Source: a virus
Virus record (IMG/VR): IMGVR_UViG_3300033127_000097
Location: 1 to 43,532 of that record
Strand: one strand, 5' to 3'
Length of the DNA stretch: 43,532 nucleotides
Shown here: positions 34,884 to 42,076 of the stretch, piece by piece
Layout of the letters: every line of letters starts with the position of its first letter
Numbering within the stretch: the first letter of the stretch is position 1
Program-made: the position numbers and the translations under genes
The notes under the pieces: generated by a model
The model's database searches: none
Seen by the model: the letters and a program-made list of their open reading frames with translations, nothing else
Told to the model about the DNA's origin: nothing

Positions 34884-35152
34884 AGCTCTGCCTCCAAAAA
34901 TTCTGCGCGCAACTCCGTACGGATGCGCCTCTTCGCCCTTACCCACTGCTGCCGCACGGCAGTCTCGGTCGTACCTGTCTCCTCGGCGATTTCGGACCAT
35001 CGCCTTCCAGCTGCACGATAGTCAAGCAGCTGAAGATCGCGAGGCGGCAGGTTGCGCATGGCCTTCACAATGAACTGTGAGAGCTGCTCTCCTGCCGCCT
35101 CGATTACTTGCTCACGCTCCTGGCTCAGTGCCAGCAGGTCCGGATCTGTCAT
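34871..35152 (-). CDS. Sigma-70 region-4-like HTH protein (93 aa)
   Basis: LPPRDLQLLDYRAAGRRWSEIAEETGTTETAVRQQWVRAKRRIR matches the sigma70_r4 / LuxR-type HTH pattern. No region 2 is present. The start is uncertain (35152 or 35188). Confidence 0.55.
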   Translation of the reverse strand: MTDPDLLALSQEREQVIEAAGEQLSQFIVKAMRNLPPRDLQLLDYRAAGRRWSEIAEETGTTETAVRQQWVRAKRRIRTELRAEFLEAELWED

Positions 35153-35471
35153 CGATGGCCTCCACGATGGCAGCGAACGTGGCGACATCCATCGTCACCC
35201 ATTGCGCTGCCGGGTCGGCCACATTCTTACGCTTGTGAACCACAACCGGTAGCTCATCTTGCCCTGCCTGCTCAACGGCCTGACCCCACCACTCAGGCAG
35301 CGCCAATTTGGCGTGGTTCTTTATCTCGATGGCGAACCCGCCAACGACAGCGTCGGCCCCGCTAAAGCCCGATGCCGCCGGATTCGGGATCGTCCGGTTC
35401 AGAGTCTTGGACAGGTGGTTCCGGATCACCCTCTCGAACTTGGCCCCCTTCTCCCTCTGCATCTTGCCCAT
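35112..35471 (-). CDS. Holliday junction resolvase-like PD-(D/E)XK nuclease (Hjc-type)
   Basis: KGAKFERVIRNHL...GADAVVGGFAIEIKNH carries the Hjc-type D...E-x-K pattern. Third-position GC is 18/20 in this frame at 35401-35460. Confidence 0.6.
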   Translation of the reverse strand: MGKMQREKGAKFERVIRNHLSKTLNRTIPNPAASGFSGADAVVGGFAIEIKNHAKLALPEWWGQAVEQAGQDELPVVVHKRKNVADPAAQWVTMDVATFAAIVEAIDDRSGPAGTEPGA

Positions 35472-35862
35472 CGAGTTCTCCTTCCGGCTCGGTCATCTCG
35501 CTCACGTCGCGTTCGCCCTCTGCGACGCTGACTTGATGGTCTTGACTACCGTCACCCTTCGCCTTGAAGCGCTTCATGCCGTGCTGATAGCGCGGCGACT
35601 GCATACGCATCTTGACCGCACGCACCCGAAGGATCTGGTGCGGGTAGTAGACGTAACCCTTGCTGACCAGCTGAGCAATGACCCAGTGTGTCATCTTCGC
35701 AGTCTGCGGATCGATGTCGAAACGCGGCGGACCCTCATAGTTGTCGACCAGGGTCATCTCGAACCCGTTGTCGTAGAACTCCAAGGTGACCTGAAGCCCC
35801 TCACTTATGGGAACTTCAGGCGGCTCAAACTCCGCCCCGTTCTCAATGAATATCTTGTGCAT
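35362..35862 (-). CDS. Hypothetical protein (166 aa) whose acidic tail overlaps the resolvase gene
   Basis: A strong AGGAGGAAAG RBS precedes ATG 35862. The frame stays open 110 nt into the next gene. Confidence 0.55.
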   Translation of the reverse strand: MHKIFIENGAEFEPPEVPISEGLQVTLEFYDNGFEMTLVDNYEGPPRFDIDPQTAKMTHWVIAQLVSKGYVYYPHQILRVRAVKMRMQSPRYQHGMKRFKAKGDGSQDHQVSVAEGERDVSEMTEPEGELDGQDAEGEGGQVREGDPEPPVQDSEPDDPESGGIGL

Positions 35863-36823
35863 TACTTTCCTCCTTGGCCTCAGCAAAGGCCCTATCGATC
35901 ATCGACCGGCACACGTCCAACGAAATGAAATCCGGCTTCTGGTCAAGTTGATTCTCCCAAACAGAGACCATCAGAGCGTGCGCCTCATCAAGGTTGTACT
36001 GCGGGTGCGCTGCCAAGAAGTTGGCAAGGTTCCACAGATTGTTGTTCCGACCATCGACCATCCCACCCTCGTGGTAGATCATCTGCCCCTTCACGATGTT
36101 GTGCGCGTCCTGAGTCGCACTAGAAACCTTGACCCTCTTGCCCTCAATCTTCACCTCGCGTCGGGGCGGCGGCTTCTCGTGATATCTCTCAGCCAGCTCT
36201 CGCACTCGAGCTGACGAAACCTGATGCGCTTCGGCGTAGTCAAGGAACTGTTCGAATGAAAGAATCCTGCCGTCGTCGTCGACGCACACCATCCGGTTAT
36301 GCGGCACCCATTTGGCATGATACGGCAGACGTACATAGTTGCCGAGGTTCTTTGAATGGTCAGTGCCGACACGTTGCTTTGGGTTGATCTCCTGACACTC
36401 CAGCGCAGCAGCCTCGTCAACGAGCAGGAGTGCCTTACGCAAGGTGTCCGCCGGCACCGGCAGGTCAAGGAACAGCCACACGTGTCGGCCTTCGCCTGAC
36501 CTCGAGATCTCAATGACGCCATTGAGGCCAGCCCGACGCAGACAGGTCAGTGCGTACTGAGCGTCGACGGCGGGGTCTCCTCGCTTCGAATCGAAATCGA
36601 AGCATCCCCACCATGAATTGCCGTCCTCATCGGCGGCGTAACATCCGACCCCCTCGGCGGTCGGGTCCGTCAGGTGCGCCTGCAGGTGGCCAGGCAGCTG
36701 CCTTGGCTCGATCACAACACTACGCTCACGCCCCTTGAGCTTGGGCTCCGACAACCCAATCCGGTGCTCACGGTTCACGAACAGCCGATAGAACCGCTTG
36801 TAGTTCTCATTCAGCTTGTCCAT
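35843..36823 (-). CDS. Primase-polymerase (AEP family) with a PriCT-like C-terminal domain
   Basis: WWGCFDFDSK (metal-binding DxD) and SRSGEGRHVWLF (sGxGxH) are present. The C-terminal GRNNNLWNLANFL resembles a PriCT domain. AAGGAG RBS. Confidence 0.65.
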   Translation of the reverse strand: MDKLNENYKRFYRLFVNREHRIGLSEPKLKGRERSVVIEPRQLPGHLQAHLTDPTAEGVGCYAADEDGNSWWGCFDFDSKRGDPAVDAQYALTCLRRAGLNGVIEISRSGEGRHVWLFLDLPVPADTLRKALLLVDEAAALECQEINPKQRVGTDHSKNLGNYVRLPYHAKWVPHNRMVCVDDDGRILSFEQFLDYAEAHQVSSARVRELAERYHEKPPPRREVKIEGKRVKVSSATQDAHNIVKGQMIYHEGGMVDGRNNNLWNLANFLAAHPQYNLDEAHALMVSVWENQLDQKPDFISLDVCRSMIDRAFAEAKEESNAQDIH

Positions 36824-37784
36824 CGAAGTCTCCTTCCATTGGGTGCATCATCTCTTGCACCAGCGGCCACGGCTTCATAGCCACCGTTGACGCTTCCCCA
36901 ATGCGATGCACATGAGGGCAAAGGCTCAAGTTGTTCCACTGCTTCAACGCCTTCTCCTTGCTTACCGGGCCACCGAGGTAGGCCCGACCCTGTTTGGCCT
37001 TCATGATGTTGAACAGGATCTCATTGTCCTCATGCGTGCGATCACTAAAGCGCCACACACCAATCGCGCAGCCATCGATCGCTGCCTCGCCTCCCCCGAA
37101 CAATTCGTTGAGATCTGGAGCCGACGGTCGAGTACTACTAGGGCGGCGCAGCTGCGAGATCAGACACCAAACCGACTTCTTGAACTGGCGACACAGCCTC
37201 TTGTGCTCCCGCATATGCACCAGACCGGACACGTTGGAGTCGCCGCCCTCAATCTCAAGGCAGCCAATGTAATCGAACACGATGAGCTCGGCCGGCGCTC
37301 CCCACATGCGCTCCGCCTGATCCACCACAGATGCCACGTCGTCAATGCTCGCCCCGAGCAGGTCGGTATTAGGGATGTGTAACTGCGGGAACCTATCCAT
37401 CACCGTGGTCTCAAGACTCTTCGGCGTGTACTGCGACATCGGATGCTTGAACTCCCGCTTGAGATCAAACGTGCGACGCTTCAACACTGAGGCTGCCAGA
37501 TCAAACATAACGCTCGAGCGATCTTCGTCGGCATGCAGGTAAAGGATTCGCCGGTCGTGGTTCCTTTGAATCATGGTCCTGGTGAGCAACGTCTTGCCGT
37601 GACCAGTGCGGCCGGCAATGACGTTAAGCACACCAGGATGCATGCCTCCCTCAAGGAACTCGTCAAGGAACGGAACGCCAACCGGAAGCGGGTCGCCTTG
37701 CCGTAGCAGCTCCTCGAACTCGCGACGATACGGGCCGTTGCCCTCCCGAATGATCGAGTCGAACTTGTCGAACTTCGAACTCAC
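36807..37784 (-). CDS. DnaB-family / RecA-fold replicative helicase (325 aa)
   Basis: Walker A AGRTGHGKT and Walker B ELIVFDYIG are present, with DnaB C-terminal-domain-like spacing. GTGA-coupled GTG start. Confidence 0.7.
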   Translation of the reverse strand: MSSKFDKFDSIIREGNGPYRREFEELLRQGDPLPVGVPFLDEFLEGGMHPGVLNVIAGRTGHGKTLLTRTMIQRNHDRRILYLHADEDRSSVMFDLAASVLKRRTFDLKREFKHPMSQYTPKSLETTVMDRFPQLHIPNTDLLGASIDDVASVVDQAERMWGAPAELIVFDYIGCLEIEGGDSNVSGLVHMREHKRLCRQFKKSVWCLISQLRRPSSTRPSAPDLNELFGGGEAAIDGCAIGVWRFSDRTHEDNEILFNIMKAKQGRAYLGGPVSKEKALKQWNNLSLCPHVHRIGEASTVAMKPWPLVQEMMHPMEGDFDGQAE

Positions 37785-38479
37785 GTCGGCTTATTGATCC
37801 CAGCTTCCACCAGGTGAAGGTTGGCGACAGCCCATGCCGGTGGAGGTCCGAACTTACTGTGCAAGTAGAGGGTCTGTGGACGCGGCGAGCCCAGCACGCC
37901 CTTCTCAGGAAACCGCTCGTGGCTCACAGCTTTGAAGTCGGGGGCGTCTGTCGACTTGAGGGCGCTGCGAAGATCAATCCAGGCGTCGGGCTCTGTCAGC
38001 AGCATGTACCAGCACTGGTCGACCCAGTCGTTGAGCTCTTCTGGTGGCGGCAGCGGCACTCCCGGCTGACCAGTCTGCAGATCCGGCTCGCCGCTCGGAG
38101 GTACGACATGGTTGCCCAGATGATTCGCCGCCGCCTGCTGAGCAGGTGACGCTGCAGTCGCGAGCGACTGGTCAACCACCGTAGGCATCGTCGCCGGCGG
38201 CGCTGGTATCGGCTGTGGTGGTGCAGCCACCGGTGCGGCGCCAGGGAAGATTTCGACCACCGTCTTCGTGACAGGGTCCTGATTGAACGCCAGCCCAAGT
38301 TCGGTGAAGATCAGTGCCTTAATCTCCCGGTACTGCTCACGGGCAGCCTCGATGGCATCATCAGTTGACGAGCTCAGCGGCACCGAGTAGCGAACAGTTA
38401 TGCCGGCGCTGGCCTTACCGTTCACTTCGACGTCGACCTGCCGTGCGAAGTTGACCTCGAATTCCATTTCATCACTCAT
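37781..38479 (-). CDS. Hypothetical two-domain protein with a Pro-rich linker (232 aa)
   Basis: I chose the internal ATG at 38479, which has a GGAG RBS and overlaps the upstream stop by 8 nt. Confidence 0.55.
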   Translation of the reverse strand: MSDEMEFEVNFARQVDVEVNGKASAGITVRYSVPLSSSTDDAIEAAREQYREIKALIFTELGLAFNQDPVTKTVVEIFPGAAPVAAPPQPIPAPPATMPTVVDQSLATAASPAQQAAANHLGNHVVPPSGEPDLQTGQPGVPLPPPEELNDWVDQCWYMLLTEPDAWIDLRSALKSTDAPDFKAVSHERFPEKGVLGSPRPQTLYLHSKFGPPPAWAVANLHLVEAGINKPT

Positions 38480-38807
38480 TGGGCTCTCCAGTGATCGGGT
38501 TCGGGGCCATCTCCGGCTCGTTCTCATCGGCAGCAGGCTCATAGTTGACGTCAAGACGCAGCCACATCACGCCGTCCGACACGCGCGCCTCGAACTCGCC
38601 GGGCTCAGTGCCAGTCAGTCGACCCGCATTGATGCGGGACGCCAGGCTCGACATGCGGCCACGTGCCTCGTCGGTTTCACCTCGCAACGCAACCCAGTCA
38701 CCCTTCTCCTTCCGGGCCATGTCGAGCAGGGGTGTGTAGTCAGTACGCTTGCGTTTCGCCGGCGGGTCCGGCACTTTGCCTCCCGTCAGGATTGAGAACT
38801 CACTCAT
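38472..38807 (-). CDS. Hypothetical protein (111 aa)
   Basis: ATG at 38807, with an alternative GTG at 38816. It overlaps the nuclease gene stop. Confidence 0.5.
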   Translation of the reverse strand: MSEFSILTGGKVPDPPAKRKRTDYTPLLDMARKEKGDWVALRGETDEARGRMSSLASRINAGRLTGTEPGEFEARVSDGVMWLRLDVNYEPAADENEPEMAPNPITGEPNE

Positions 38808-39636
38808 CTGTTTCACCTTTCCGCATCCAATCGATGCTGTACTTGCGATTCGCGTGATGCTCGCCCATGCATTTGCCAGCGGCGAACGTCTCGCACCACT
38901 TCGGAGAGCAATGCCAGTCGGTTGGCCTCATTGGCCAACGCGGCAGCTCAGCCTCGATAAGGAACGCCAACGACAACGCCTGCGTCACCACCCCATCGAA
39001 GTCACCCTGGTCTCTCGTGACCGTGGCCATTTCCATCGGGTCGCCGCTCTTGGGGAAACGCACGTACGTGAACTCAGGGATCTCTCCGGTGGCTTCACGT
39101 ATGGCCATTGCGTAGATCGTTGGCTGCAGCGAGTACCGCTGCATCTTCCAATGATTCTCCTTGTAGGACTCGGCTGACGTCTTCCAGTCCCACAGCATGC
39201 CGGGCGTGTGATAATCGGGCGTCCCCTGGAACATGATCGTGCGAAATTGATCCTCGTAGGCGACGAAACGGAATGGCTTCTCAATATCGCCGCCGAGAGG
39301 GAAGTGGTGACGCTTGCTCCAGAACGTGGCGACAGTCTTGCGCACGATGAACACTGCCTGGTGAACGTTCTCCACCTGGAGCATGCGGATCTCATGCCAA
39401 TGTTCTTGCACGTACTGCACTGCGATGTCGACGAGCTCGGCCTCGGTCTTGTTGCCGTCAGCCTTTAGGTACTCCTCGATCGACAGGTGTGTGGCCGTAC
39501 CGATGAGCGTCGCGTCGCTGCCCTCAGAGAGCGGCGGGCGCGTGCGCAGCTTTTCGGGACACATGCGTGCCTCGTTCAGATCCGACTGGTGAAAGACGTG
39601 CGTCCAATAGCCGTTACTGTCTTGCGTAGATCTCAT
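38800..39636 (-). CDS. Cas4/RecB-family PD-(D/E)XK exonuclease with a Cys cluster
   Basis: GTPDY...LWDWKTS (D...D-x-K) and QPTIYAMA (QxxxY) are present. An N-terminal Cys (RMCPEK) plus C-terminal CSPKWCETFAAGKC suggest an Fe-S cluster. I chose the ATG at 39636. Confidence 0.7.
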   Translation of the reverse strand: MRSTQDSNGYWTHVFHQSDLNEARMCPEKLRTRPPLSEGSDATLIGTATHLSIEEYLKADGNKTEAELVDIAVQYVQEHWHEIRMLQVENVHQAVFIVRKTVATFWSKRHHFPLGGDIEKPFRFVAYEDQFRTIMFQGTPDYHTPGMLWDWKTSAESYKENHWKMQRYSLQPTIYAMAIREATGEIPEFTYVRFPKSGDPMEMATVTRDQGDFDGVVTQALSLAFLIEAELPRWPMRPTDWHCSPKWCETFAAGKCMGEHHANRKYSIDWMRKGETDE

Positions 39637-39702
39637 TGGTACCTGTTTGCTGATTGCTGGCGTCAGCAACCTAGCAACGTGCAGCGCGATTGCAAAACGG
39701 AG

Positions 39703-39757
39703 GAGACCCACCCTCAGGCGGCAGCGGCGCATTGCCTTATGCCTGAGAGCGGGTCTC
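39703..39757 (-). terminator. 16-bp hairpin (two G-U pairs on the minus-strand RNA) followed by CUCCGUUUUGC
   Basis: The minus strand reads gagacccgctctcagg, a 23-nt loop, then cctgagggtgggtctc. On the plus strand the same positions are A-C mismatches. Confidence 0.4.
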
Positions 39758-39831
39758 GGCGACAGGCGAATCGGCGGAAATTCGTACCTGTCAAGATCAA
39801 GCAGTACCGCGTCCTGCGATCACTGCCAAGT

Positions 39832-40092
39832 TCAGCCCCGCAATTTCTTGAACCTCTTCAAGACATCGTTCACCACACCTGAAGGGATGCCCCAATGAAG
39901 ACGCGCCTCCTCCAGGCGAGCAGGAGTGTCGGCGTGAAGCTCCAAGATGGCGTCGGTCATCTGACTTCGAGCCAACGTCAGGTCACGGTACGCAAGCCCC
40001 AGCCTGGTGCGTGCGTCAGCTTCCGAACGAGACGATGTCTCCGGAATCTCCCGAAGTTCCTGACGTCTCGGATACTCCATGTGCTCGGCCAT
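39832..40092 (-). CDS. Hypothetical protein (86 aa)
   Basis: A GGAGAGGGAAG RBS precedes ATG 40092. Confidence 0.5.
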   Translation of the reverse strand: MAEHMEYPRRQELREIPETSSRSEADARTRLGLAYRDLTLARSQMTDAILELHADTPARLEEARLHWGIPSGVVNDVLKRFKKLRG

Positions 40093-40546
40093 TGCTTCCC
40101 TCTCCGACGATTCCCATAGCGATCTCCCGACACAAGTCTAGAAACAGCGCCACCGGCAAATCCTTGGGTGCGACCTCCACCCTTGACACTGCCTGCTGAA
40201 CGGCAAGCTCCACGTCGGCTACGCTCAACGCAGACGGCGCGGGTCCCTCTTCACTCGCCCGAGGTTGGGGCTCGCGCCGTCGCAGATCCTCGATCGCTGA
40301 CACGATGTCGTCAGCCGATCCGCTGTCAGGCTCCAACGCCTCCACGATCCGTGCCCGGACCGTGTGCTGATAGCCGACCTCAGCCATCACCGCCTGACAC
40401 GACGCGTACAGCTCGTTCTCCTCGGCCTTCTGGTTCGCCGACGACATCGCCTGAAAAACTTCGATCCAAGATTCCCTGTCCAAGAACTCAAAGAATCTCA
40501 CTTGAGGGTTGATGCGCGTGTCGTCGTCTGCCGGTATCGGGATCAT
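40016..40546 (-). CDS. Hypothetical acidic protein (176 aa)
   Basis: I chose the ATG at 40546 (MIPIPADDD...). The 3' end overlaps the next gene by 77 nt. Confidence 0.5.
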   Translation of the reverse strand: MIPIPADDDTRINPQVRFFEFLDRESWIEVFQAMSSANQKAEENELYASCQAVMAEVGYQHTVRARIVEALEPDSGSADDIVSAIEDLRRREPQPRASEEGPAPSALSVADVELAVQQAVSRVEVAPKDLPVALFLDLCREIAMGIVGEGSNGRAHGVSETSGTSGDSGDIVSFGS

Positions 40547-40623
40547 GGCCAAGACCCTAGGACGCGGCGAACCGCCAGCCAACCGAGAAGGAAACAGGTA
40601 CGAAACCCCTCGATGGCTGACGG

Positions 40624-40640
40624 TTCAAAGTCCCTTTGAA
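40624..40640. promoter_or_regulatory. 17-bp perfect palindrome TTCAAAG-TCC-CTTTGAA (operator-like)
   Basis: It lies in the 96-bp intergenic gap upstream of the 40546 gene. A further half-site CCCTTTGA is repeated at 40658-40665. Confidence 0.3.
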
Positions 40641-40678
40641 TGTGCGTTCGGCGGGGACCCTTTGAGGCTAGGCCGTCA

Positions 40679-40963
40679 CTACCCTCCGTGCAAACGCTCG
40701 AAAAGCATTCCTTTCAGCAAAGACAAGCCTTGCACTAGCGTCCCCACGCCCCGAGGGGTGAGAACATACTTGACGCCAGACTCGGCCAGCATTTGGACCT
40801 GGTCGTCGGTCATGCCGTAACTGATGATGCCTCCCGCTTCCACCAGCACCTCGTCGGGTATCAGGGTCAATTGGACCTCGAACGTCTCCGGAGAGGTGTC
40901 AACAATCTCCACGGCCACAGCCGAGATCGCGATCGGCTCCTCCTCGATCAGCTCGTCGCTCAT
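40679..40963 (-). CDS. Hypothetical acidic protein (94 aa)
   Basis: ATGA-coupled to the ku stop. Confidence 0.5.
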   Translation of the reverse strand: MSDELIEEEPIAISAVAVEIVDTSPETFEVQLTLIPDEVLVEAGGIISYGMTDDQVQMLAESGVKYVLTPRGVGTLVQGLSLLKGMLFERLHGG

Positions 40964-41730
40964 GCCGCGCCCTTGGCTTGAGCGATCTGCGCCTCGAGCT
41001 GTGCCATCAGATCCCCCGGCGACGACTCGGCCTCAACCTCCTCGACCACCGGCTCCTTGCCCTCGAGCTTCCGGGCGAGCATTGAGAGCAGCGCATCTCG
41101 ATGAGTGTTCTCGAAGCTGGCATGCTCCCACTCGATCGTCATGCCCATCACCATGTCGTCAGCCATCTCGAGCATCTGGTCGGTTGGCTCCGGCCACGAC
41201 TGCACAGCCGGCTCCCGAACCTCGTCGAACCAGTACAGCTCATGCACGTAGACCCTGGTCGTCGTTGCCCGCAAGACGACGAGGCGCTCGTGCCCGGCCT
41301 TGACGTAGCTGCCCACGCCAACAAGTCCACGGTCTTCGAGCACACGCGCCAGAAGGGTCAGCCCAAGCTCGCCACCCTCACCAGGACCAACTTGATGGGC
41401 ACTCGTGTACAGCGAAGGGTCGATCTCGTGTTTGGGCACGAAGCCAACGAGTTCGATATGCGACGTCTTCAGCGGCTGCACAAGAGCGATCTCATCGGCG
41501 GTCACGTCGACCGTTGAACCGTCGCCGAACTCGTAACGCTTCATCACGTCGGCCTTGCGATCGAGCTCGTCGCCGGTGACCGATGAGACGTACGGCATCC
41601 GGATCCTCTCGCCCGTTGCCTTCTCGATTGTCGAGAACGAAACCTTGTCTTCTCGTGCGTCCACATACATTTTGATGGGGACGTTAAGCATGCCCAGAGA
41701 GATACTCCCGGTCCATGTTGCGCGTGGCAT
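40960..41730 (-). CDS. ku: Ku-like DNA end-binding protein (257 aa)
   Basis: The N-terminus MPRATWTGSISLGMLNVPIKMY aligns by eye with bacterial Ku (MRAIWTGSIAFGLVNVPVKVY). Length and the following blocks (ELVGFVP, DPSLY) are also typical. Start set at ATG 41730, which has an RBS. Confidence 0.9.
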   Translation of the reverse strand: MPRATWTGSISLGMLNVPIKMYVDAREDKVSFSTIEKATGERIRMPYVSSVTGDELDRKADVMKRYEFGDGSTVDVTADEIALVQPLKTSHIELVGFVPKHEIDPSLYTSAHQVGPGEGGELGLTLLARVLEDRGLVGVGSYVKAGHERLVVLRATTTRVYVHELYWFDEVREPAVQSWPEPTDQMLEMADDMVMGMTIEWEHASFENTHRDALLSMLARKLEGKEPVVEEVEAESSPGDLMAQLEAQIAQAKGAA

Positions 41731-41750
41731 TTCATTACCTCTTTCTGTTT

Positions 41751-41806
41751 GGGGTGCAAGTCGCACCGCGAAGCCCACCGACTGCAAGCCGATGGGCAAC
41801 GCGCTA
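41751..41806 (-). promoter_or_regulatory. Conserved intercistronic RNA module, copy A (long hairpin + GGTGC-N5-GCACC hairpin)
   Basis: About 90% identical to copy B. It begins at the TAG stop of the upstream gene and ends about 20 nt before the ku RBS. Confidence 0.6.
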
Positions 41807-42076
41807 CGACTCGATTGGCAACGATTCACCTTGATCCACGTACTTGATGTAAAGATCGTGGTGTCTATCCCCTTGGTCGTCGTCGCCGGTGGCGTGCCCA
41901 TCCAGCCATAGCCTGCGAACATCATCGTCGATGACAGCCATTAGGCGTAGCATCGGTTCGATTTCTGAGCACGCCATCTTTGGGCCAATATCAGCAGCCA
42001 ACCATGGTTCATTCATTGCCTTCACAAACTCGTACGCGGCAGCAACGATCAGTGCCTCATTGTTAGCGCCGCTCAC
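41804..42076 (-). CDS. Hypothetical protein (90 aa)
   Basis: The GTG at 42076 is GTGA-coupled to the clamp-like gene stop. This is the C-terminal part of ORF 41804..42355. Confidence 0.45.
   Translation of the reverse strand: MSGANNEALIVAAAYEFVKAMNEPWLAADIGPKMACSEIEPMLRLMAVIDDDVRRLWLDGHATGDDDQGDRHHDLYIKYVDQGESLPIES

Noticed and set aside
34871-35152. Sigma region-4 protein as a CI-like lysogeny repressor
   Set aside because: There is no integrase, excisionase or divergent cro-like arrangement. The sequence matches a sigma r4 / LuxR-type HTH, not a lambda-repressor-like fold.
39789-39794. Perfect minus-strand TTGACA as a defined promoter for the nuclease operon
   Set aside because: No acceptable -10 (TAnnnT) lies 16-19 nt downstream. 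It is mentioned only as context for the 39703-39757 hairpin.
40615-40645. GGTTCAAAGTCC resembling a tRNA T-arm
   Set aside because: The flanking 5-nt segments are not complementary (gacgg versus tccct), and no acceptor or anticodon arms can be drawn. It is better explained as a palindromic operator.
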